From a virus: a DNA stretch of 64,000 nucleotides. The translations under genes and the position numbers were made by a program. Within the stretch, counting starts at the first letter, position 1. The number at the start of each line of letters is the position of its first letter. This document shows, in pieces, positions 57,730-64,000 of the stretch. The DNA lies in IMG/VR virus record IMGVR_UViG_3300042465_009257, positions 32,001 through 96,000 of that record; one strand, written 5' to 3'. The notes under the pieces were generated by a model. The model made no database searches, was not told the DNA's origin, and saw only the letters and a program-made list of their open reading frames with translations.

Positions 57730-58523
57730 TCGGTGTCGTTTTTAACATGAATATCGAATCTCTTGCGATTTGCCCAAGAACCAACGGAATTTACAAAATC
57801 ACAAATACGAAAACAGGAAGATTCTATATTGGCCGAGCAGAATACAAGAAAGGTTTTTTTCGCCGGTGGTATCACCATAGGTGGCAACTTAGAAAAAATA
57901 TCCATGAAAATCCTCATTTGCAAAACTCTTATAACAAATATGGAGAGTCTTGTTTCACCTTCGAGATTCTTGAAATTAAAGACTATGGAGATCCGTTAAT
58001 AGATCTAGAGTCAGAATATATCATAAATTTAAAAGCCATGTACTTTGAAGACGGGTATAATCTTACGAATGAAAGGTTTGCCGCAAAATATCCTAAAATA
58101 TACAGAGAAAATCATCATAACTCAAAAGAATTTGAACTGCTTGACCCAGAAGGAAATTTAATTAAAGGCAGGAATTTAAGTCAATTCTGTGAAGAACTAG
58201 ATGTGGGCGTAGGAGCCATGTGGGATGTCATCCACGGAGATAGAAAATCCTACAAAGGATTCAAATCTCCCAATCCCGAATTTCACGTAGTTAAAAAAGA
58301 GTATCGCTTGCTCTCGCCCGAAAAAGAATTGTTCGTATTTGACAACGCCGCAGAATTCGCGAGAAAGATAGGGGTAAACAAACGTTCTATACACAAAGTA
58401 TTAAAAGGGGAAAGGTCTAATGCCGAGGGCTACCATCTTGAAAATCCATTACCAGAACATCAAAGAAATCTTGATAATTATTTCAATAGGAAGCATCTCT
58501 CTGATCGAATCAACTTTCAATGA
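57726..58523 (+). CDS. GIY-YIG homing endonuclease with two C-terminal DNA-binding repeats
   Basis: GIYKITNTKTGRFYIGRA, R..H..L..N.H.N..LQ, E, GYNL. Confidence 0.9.
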   Translation: MIGVVFNMNIESLAICPRTNGIYKITNTKTGRFYIGRAEYKKGFFRRWYHHRWQLRKNIHENPHLQNSYNKYGESCFTFEILEIKDYGDPLIDLESEYIINLKAMYFEDGYNLTNERFAAKYPKIYRENHHNSKEFELLDPEGNLIKGRNLSQFCEELDVGVGAMWDVIHGDRKSYKGFKSPNPEFHVVKKEYRLLSPEKELFVFDNAAEFARKIGVNKRSIHKVLKGERSNAEGYHLENPLPEHQRNLDNYFNRKHLSDRINFQ

Positions 58524-58674
58524 ATCCGTCCAAATCCTTTTTTAGCTCATCAGCAAAAGCCCAGCGGCCACATGAAATTCCCTCCGTTTCTAGAAATTCC
58601 GAAGCGAAGCGGTAAAAAGAGTCCTTCCCCGCCCGACCGACGCCAGAGATTCCGATAATTTTAAATGGTTGCAT
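58510..58674 (-). pseudogene. truncated 5' copy of the dNMP kinase gene (54 aa) with its own promoter
   Basis: 41/54 aa identical to the N-terminus of 56699..57388. Confidence 0.85.
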
Positions 58675-58726
58675 TGATGAATTGTATCGGGCTTTTGTGC
58701 GGAAAGTCAATCTTAGAATTTTTAAA

Positions 58727-58758
58727 ATTAAATTCCTTTTCTGCATATTCGCCTGTAA
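58727..58758 (+). promoter_or_regulatory. class II motif ATTAAATTC-N18-TGTAA
   Basis: conserved spacing; 6 nt before the TTG of the PolA-like ORF. Confidence 0.6.
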
Positions 58759-58764
58759 AAGAAC

Positions 58765-60345
58765 TTGACTTATTTGATTTCCGACTTTTTAATTACTGTG
58801 ATGCCTAAAATGAATTACTCTCTGGTAAACCCCGATAAAACGATTCTCAAAAATGAAAACATGATTCGAACAATAGGGTATGGGGGAGAGGGGACCATTG
58901 CTGGAGGGAGGGAGAGGGTGTCTCTTTATAAGGGGAGGTTTAGAGAAGTACAAGAAGTAATAGAGGGGAGGTCTATACTTAGTAATGATGTAGATTGGGA
59001 ATTTAAAGAGAAATCTTTCTTAATCCCTTCAGACTTTTCTAATAATGAGCTTCTTAGCCTTGGCTTGAAAGAGAAACATATTGCGAATGCTATGGTTTTT
59101 CTTTCCTTATTAAGGATTTCAACAAAGTACAAAGAGGTTGTTCTGAGGGATGTTAATCCATTCAGTAGAATTAACAGTATAGTTCTTTCGGAATTTATGT
59201 TAACTCTTGGCTCCGGTACGAAAGACATGTTGAAAAAATTAAGCATTGCACAATGGATTGAGATTGACCATTCTTACCAAGCAGGAATCAAATCAAAAGG
59301 ATATCGTCTTGGGAAAAGATTTGAAAACTCAAAATGGATTTCCGCAAATTGGAAAGAAAGTCTTGAAAAATTTGTCCCAGGTGTCCTGCAAGGAGGTTAT
59401 ATTTCTAGGAGCAGAGATGTTTTGTATGGACTCTGGGATAGAGCTTGTATATATTTTACCAACTGGCAGGCTATGGCTGACGGCCCTTTAAAGGAAATCT
59501 GCAAAAGAACGTCAGAAATAGGCCGTAAATTGATCGTAAGATACTGTGAGGCTCTGACTAAGGAAATTAATACAAACGCTGTAGAGCATATCAAATGCCC
59601 AGCAAATCAAGCATCTGTAGAAAATGGATGGACACTAGAGAAACAAATTCAAAATTATTGGGATTCTTTGTCGTATTTTGACGGTAAAAGTTTTTCTGTT
59701 ACCTGTCACGACGAAAGGTTTAAGTTTTTTACTTACCGTTTGTATTCAAATGTTGTAAATTTAAAATCTGAGTTTCGCCAATTTCTAGAACTAGATGGAC
59801 AGCAAATGGTGAACGTGGATATCCAATCCTGCCAAGTGGCTTTACTGGCGACATTCTATAACACTGAAGATTTAGTGGAAAAAGAGAAATTCATCAAAAT
59901 TATTTGCGAAAAAGATATTTATCTATTTATCGCGGGAGATAAAATTGAGCGGAAACAAGCGAAATCTGACTTTTTCTATATCATGTTCGACAAGAATTGT
60001 AACCAAAAAGGAGAAACTTGCCGCCGATTTAAAGAGGAATTTCCAATCTTAACTCAAAGGATTTACGACGAAAAGAAAAGAAATGGTTATAAAAGTGTAG
60101 CTCGTCTAATGCAGACAAAAGAAGCTTCTATTATGATATTAGGAGCATTGAATAAACTCCTTTTCGTAAATGAAATTGAAGCTTTTTCAATCCACGACTC
60201 TATCTTTTGTCTTCTTAAAGACGTAAAATTAGTAGAAGAAACTATCCGCTCCTTCTTTACAAATCAAATGGGCTTCTGCCCAGCAATTAAAGTGGAAGCG
60301 CCCAGAGTGGATGAATCTGCCAACCGTATTGGGCAGCAATCATAA
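58765..60345 (+). CDS. family A polymerase-like protein (wHTH-like N-part plus PolA palm motifs, no exonuclease)
   Basis: RLYS, motif A VDIQSCQ, motif B RKQAK, Q..EA, motif C IHDS. Confidence 0.7.
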   Translation: MTYLISDFLITVMPKMNYSLVNPDKTILKNENMIRTIGYGGEGTIAGGRERVSLYKGRFREVQEVIEGRSILSNDVDWEFKEKSFLIPSDFSNNELLSLGLKEKHIANAMVFLSLLRISTKYKEVVLRDVNPFSRINSIVLSEFMLTLGSGTKDMLKKLSIAQWIEIDHSYQAGIKSKGYRLGKRFENSKWISANWKESLEKFVPGVLQGGYISRSRDVLYGLWDRACIYFTNWQAMADGPLKEICKRTSEIGRKLIVRYCEALTKEINTNAVEHIKCPANQASVENGWTLEKQIQNYWDSLSYFDGKSFSVTCHDERFKFFTYRLYSNVVNLKSEFRQFLELDGQQMVNVDIQSCQVALLATFYNTEDLVEKEKFIKIICEKDIYLFIAGDKIERKQAKSDFFYIMFDKNCNQKGETCRRFKEEFPILTQRIYDEKKRNGYKSVARLMQTKEASIMILGALNKLLFVNEIEAFSIHDSIFCLLKDVKLVEETIRSFFTNQMGFCPAIKVEAPRVDESANRIGQQS

Positions 60346-60571
60346 GGGCATCTTTTAGAGGGATAGGAACTTGTGTCGGCCCGAAAGCTCCATCTTCGTC
60401 CTCAAAACCCGCTGACCAGCAAATATCATTTCCATTAAATTTTCCGAACTGTGGGCGAAGGCTCATCAAGTAAACGGTCATGTTTGGATCTGGGAAATCT
60501 TCTTTGTCAACGTCTCTCCAGTAATCTGGTGCCGCGACATTATCCCACAAATTTACTTTTTGATCTTCCAT
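60287..60571 (-). CDS. hypothetical protein
   Basis: ORF track. Confidence 0.55.
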   Translation of the reverse strand: MEDQKVNLWDNVAAPDYWRDVDKEDFPDPNMTVYLMSLRPQFGKFNGNDICWSAGFEDEDGAFGPTQVPIPLKDALMIAAQYGWQIHPLWALPL

Positions 60572-60604
60572 ACCGCTTGATTCTAAATTATTTTTTAAAT
60601 AAAG

Positions 60605-60928
60605 TCAAGTCATAAACGGTACAGCATGTCCATCAGCAACAATTAATTCATTTAAATTAACTTCATCTAAATATACAGTCGCCAGCCACCTTCCGTATTT
60701 ATCTGTAGGATTTTTGAAAGTTTCAATGGTAACTTCTTTTCCAACTGGTAACTTCGTTTTGACGTAAGCTGTTGCTTCTGAACCTCCTAAAGCATTTCTC
60801 TCTGGGGTATTAATTCCAATGAGTCTCACGCGAACCTCATGATTGATGCGAAATCCAAGAGACACGAAAAAGTCAATAGTGTCACCATCGACGACTCGCT
60901 GAACAGTAGCTTTATATTTGTAGTACAT
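60605..60928 (-). CDS. thermonuclease (SNase-like)
   Basis: VVDGDT, RLIGINTPE, DKYGRWLA. Confidence 0.9.
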   Translation of the reverse strand: MYYKYKATVQRVVDGDTIDFFVSLGFRINHEVRVRLIGINTPERNALGGSEATAYVKTKLPVGKEVTIETFKNPTDKYGRWLATVYLDEVNLNELIVADGHAVPFMT

Positions 60929-60943
60929 AATAGTTTTAAAAAG

Positions 60944-61630
60944 TTAATTTCGATAATACCCCGAGACTTTATCATAGGTGAATGGCAAGTCTTTCTTCTT
61001 GCCGCCCTGCTCTACTTTATAAATATCAGAAAAGTAACGAATTGATCCGCAATCAAAGTATTCAATATTTAAACGTCCATTTATAGGCTCAATTGAGAAA
61101 ATAGGTATATAAAGGGTGTAGGTCAAATTCCCTAATTCATCATATTTTAAACCAGAATTTTTTGGAATAGCCGTCCCTTGTTCAATCCGCGCCCATTGTG
61201 TGCTTAATTTTTCATAGTCGCCTCTTGTATACCCATATGGAATTTTCATCCAAAATAAGGTTTTCCCAACCTTATCTACAAAAAACCTCCCACCTGAGGC
61301 ATCATCTGGAGTTAAATATAAATTTTCGCTAGTCTCAGTATCAACATCAAACGCTGTAAGAGGGAAGTACTGAGAAATTTCATCTTTTCTTTTCTCCTTT
61401 ACTAAAAATGAATATAAGAAAATTGCAAACTCAGTTGCCGCAGGTGAATAAAAGTCCAAAAAAGAATTTCCTAAAACGCTTGAAGAAGATGATGCAACAT
61501 TAAAATCACGTAGAAGTTGCGGTCTAAATCGCGGCCCAACATTAATTTCATATTTTGAATCTGTTACGTCACGAACTGAAACTCGAAAGTCTCTTATTGG
61601 TTGAATATAAGTTGGTCTACTTTCAAACAC
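60944..61630 (-). CDS. hypothetical, probable virion-associated protein
   Basis: in an operon with the Gly/Thr/Tyr-rich protein. Confidence 0.5.
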   Translation of the reverse strand: MFESRPTYIQPIRDFRVSVRDVTDSKYEINVGPRFRPQLLRDFNVASSSSSVLGNSFLDFYSPAATEFAIFLYSFLVKEKRKDEISQYFPLTAFDVDTETSENLYLTPDDASGGRFFVDKVGKTLFWMKIPYGYTRGDYEKLSTQWARIEQGTAIPKNSGLKYDELGNLTYTLYIPIFSIEPINGRLNIEYFDCGSIRYFSDIYKVEQGGKKKDLPFTYDKVSGYYRN

Positions 61631-62573
61631 GGCAGAAAAAATGGTCGTTAAAGTCTTTTAGATCAGATGAAGAAGAGGTGCCCTTAAATTGAAAAACCTG
61701 TCGATATCTATTTTTACCAGAAATATCATCACGATATTCCTGAAGTAAATCTGGCGATATATTATTAATATCAATAGTAGTCCCTTTACTAAAAATTAAT
61801 TCAGTTGCAGATCCTAATCCAGAATAGCTAGAGTTTTCCCAAGAGTCCAATAAAGTAATAGAGACTTTATCTTTCATGTATGGCGCTCCTTCTTTTATTA
61901 TCCAAGACCCTCCAAGCTTCTCAAATACATTTTTAGCCATTAACTGGTCAAAGCTTATAATTTCTGCCCCTAGAACTCTTGAATAATTCTCTGGATTAAT
62001 GGGGGTTCCATCTGGATTGGCCTGTTTTTTAATTAAAAAATAAATTTGGCCCCTATTATAATTTATATTTTCAGGTTCTTTTGGCAATGCGTATCCATCT
62101 TGATCAAATTTAATTGTTGTCGTAAGAGTCGCCGCATCAATACTCTTTTGATCTTTAAAATCAATCTGTTTCATTTCAGTCCCATTAATCATTATCGGGA
62201 TACGGTACTTTTCTAATTCATCTTCAGTTAATATTAAATTCTGATTAAATGTGATAATATTATATGTCCCATCAGATAATTTTACTACTAAAAGCGGTTT
62301 AGTTCGAGACCTCTCAATACTAGAAATATCATAAAGTTTACCTCTTTGGATTGCCACTTTAATAGTTACCTCTAGATTTTTCGGCCCAGGAACTAAAAAA
62401 TTAGGAGTATCTTCATAAATTGGAGCATTTGATTCTAAATAATATTTTTTAAAAGGATAATCATCAGGATACGGCGCACCTATGATTGGCGCAATTAGCT
62501 CATTACGCTCGGTGCCAACCCACCTTCTATTTTGGAATCCTACCCAACGCGGGATATAACTCGATTCAAACAT
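61623..62573 (-). CDS. hypothetical, probable virion-associated protein
   Basis: overlapping operon packing. Confidence 0.5.
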   Translation of the reverse strand: MFESSYIPRWVGFQNRRWVGTERNELIAPIIGAPYPDDYPFKKYYLESNAPIYEDTPNFLVPGPKNLEVTIKVAIQRGKLYDISSIERSRTKPLLVVKLSDGTYNIITFNQNLILTEDELEKYRIPIMINGTEMKQIDFKDQKSIDAATLTTTIKFDQDGYALPKEPENINYNRGQIYFLIKKQANPDGTPINPENYSRVLGAEIISFDQLMAKNVFEKLGGSWIIKEGAPYMKDKVSITLLDSWENSSYSGLGSATELIFSKGTTIDINNISPDLLQEYRDDISGKNRYRQVFQFKGTSSSSDLKDFNDHFFCRV

Positions 62574-64000
62574 TAAGTTGTAAATTGGTTGGTCAGAATA
62601 TTTACTTCACCAGTTTTTCCTCCTGCCTTCACACGTAGTGTGACCTCATCTGAAGAGTCAGTATCGGTTGAAGTATAATCAACTTTAACATACCCTTTTA
62701 TGAATCCAGCATCGTAATTATAAGGAGTTGGATTCATAAATTTAGTTGGAGAAAACCAGCCGTAATCTTTATAGCTTGTGCCGTAATTTCCATCTGTCTC
62801 AGAATAATAAAGATTAAATTTACTATTTATATTACCAGATGGAACATATCCATATCCATAAAATAATCCTGAGGCTGTCAGATTAATTGCAGGATCAGGA
62901 AACTCTAATGAAATAGTATTATAAATAATAGTTTCTTCCTCTCCAATAACTTCACGAGTTGCTGGATAAATAACAGGAAGTGGGATAAAAGCACGATCAC
63001 ATGTTCCGGCATAAGTACCAAAATATCCACCACTTTGAATAGAATACTCAACTTCAAAAGGGGTATCTGTTCCTTTTATAACGTATAGTCCAAATGTTTC
63101 TGATCCATCATCACTACTTCCAGAAGAGAAAATGCAACCCCGTCCGTAATAAGAATTCCCATTTGTCGCAATTATTCCATTTCCAACATAAGGATAAACC
63201 CCAGTATCATTTGGGCTTGAAAAGACTGGGCCTTGCATTGTAATACCAGGAAAATTAATATATCCTACTGTACGGCCTGTAAATCCAAATACGGCTGGAT
63301 TAACTACTCCTCCACTGGTTGGAGAATAACCCCCAGTTATATTTGGCACTGCAAGATTTTCATAAAATTCAAGCATCATTGGAGCTATAACAATATTAGA
63401 AGGTCCTGTAGGAAATCCCCAAGTTTGATATTGTTCAAGTGGAGCGCCAGTTCCATAAAAGCCTGTTATTCCATTAGAAATCCATCCTCTAGCGGTCGTA
63501 CTTGTTAAATTACATTCTGCCCCATAGCCCCATTCATCAGTGACAGGGCCGTAAGGAACTCCAATTCCATTTGGCTCCCAATCATAAGCGTTTCCAACAA
63601 AAGATACATCACCAGTACCACTTCCGTAAAGCTCAATTCGACTAGTGTAAGTGCGCCCTGTCCCCTCGCCAAAGAAAGAAGCAACAGGAGACTCTCTAGT
63701 TACAATACCTTCCCCTGTTTTTAAAACATTAACATTTCCTCCTCCAAGCCCAGTCGCAAATAAAGCTGGATTGTATGCATCAACTTTAACTCCACCATTA
63801 ACAAAAGGAGTTGTACTAGAGTCAACATAAAAATAAGGACTGTATCCAGAATTTAGATAACCATAACATCTTTCATTAAAAATATGAATTCCTTGCTCGG
63901 ATTCTATATAATCATGAGTCGCTACAACATCGCCCAAACCGCTAAATGAATACCCCATATAACCAGGATAAGGACCATTATAAAGACCATCAATTAAAAC
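62573..64000 (-). CDS. Gly/Thr/Ser/Tyr-rich beta-structured protein, probable tail/virion component; 5' end outside the window
   Basis: frame stays open from 63958 to 64000 (VLIDGLYNGPYPGY). Confidence 0.6.
   Translation of the reverse strand, partial: VLIDGLYNGPYPGYMGYSFSGLGDVVATHDYIESEQGIHIFNERCYGYLNSGYSPYFYVDSSTTPFVNGGVKVDAYNPALFATGLGGGNVNVLKTGEGIVTRESPVASFFGEGTGRTYTSRIELYGSGTGDVSFVGNAYDWEPNGIGVPYGPVTDEWGYGAECNLTSTTARGWISNGITGFYGTGAPLEQYQTWGFPTGPSNIVIAPMMLEFYENLAVPNITGGYSPTSGGVVNPAVFGFTGRTVGYINFPGITMQGPVFSSPNDTGVYPYVGNGIIATNGNSYYGRGCIFSSGSSDDGSETFGLYVIKGTDTPFEVEYSIQSGGYFGTYAGTCDRAFIPLPVIYPATREVIGEEETIIYNTISLEFPDPAINLTASGLFYGYGYVPSGNINSKFNLYYSETDGNYGTSYKDYGWFSPTKFMNPTPYNYDAGFIKGYVKVDYTSTDTDSSDEVTLRVKAGGKTGEVNILTNQFTT

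Noticed and set aside
57597-57923. Minus-strand 108-aa ORF inside cassette 5
   Set aside because: Antisense to the RHH and GIY-YIG genes, which have clear motifs
7670-58523. IS-element or transposon nature of the cassettes
   Set aside because: No transposase/integrase, terminal inverted repeats or short exact target-site duplications visible
529-63508. Many short plus-strand ORFs in the six-frame track (e.g. 529..726, 29329..29691, 44207..44713, 50848..51219, 56939..57382)
   Set aside because: Antisense shadows of well-supported minus-strand genes, with no promoter motif or recognisable domain
1-64000. Alternative genetic code (stop-codon reassignment)
   Set aside because: Long core genes are intact under the standard code, and TAA, TAG and TGA all occur as sensible stops
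1-64000. CRISPR array or Cas system (PD-(D/E)XK gene at 34492 is Cas4-like)
   Set aside because: No repeat-spacer array seen; the nuclease sits in a replication block as a typical phage exonuclease

Overview
A 64 kb segment of a large, AT-rich dsDNA tailed-phage genome (standard genetic code; almost all genes on the minus strand, densely packed, mostly without Shine-Dalgarno sequences and often apparently leaderless). Left part: small early/accessory genes, an RNA-repair set (kinase, phosphoesterase, RNA ligase) and a DenV-like glycosylase. Then a large glycosylation cluster, a sigma factor, a replication/recombination block (SSB, DnaE, DnaQ-like exonuclease, primase, DnaB, RecA, nucleases, C5 methylase), nucleotide metabolism (ThyX, MazG-like, NrdAB, dNMP kinase), a PolA-like protein and the start of a probable virion-protein region. 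The most striking structure is a family of five antisense (plus-strand) cassettes. Each consists of a conserved bipartite promoter-like motif (TAAAATTTC-N18-TGTAA), a ~50-aa DNA-binding protein mostly missed by the ORF track (four paralogous ribbon-helix-helix proteins, one HTH) and a free-standing homing-type endonuclease (PD-(D/E)XK, LAGLIDADG, or one of three GIY-YIG types). Two cassettes are flanked by a diverged second copy of one end of the neighbouring gene, and a sixth cassette appears to survive only as a collapsed relic. Two non-canonical tRNA-like RNAs are also present: a D-arm-less tRNA-Tyr and an RNA with an elongated anticodon arm. All functional calls are motif-based by eye; no database searches were run.
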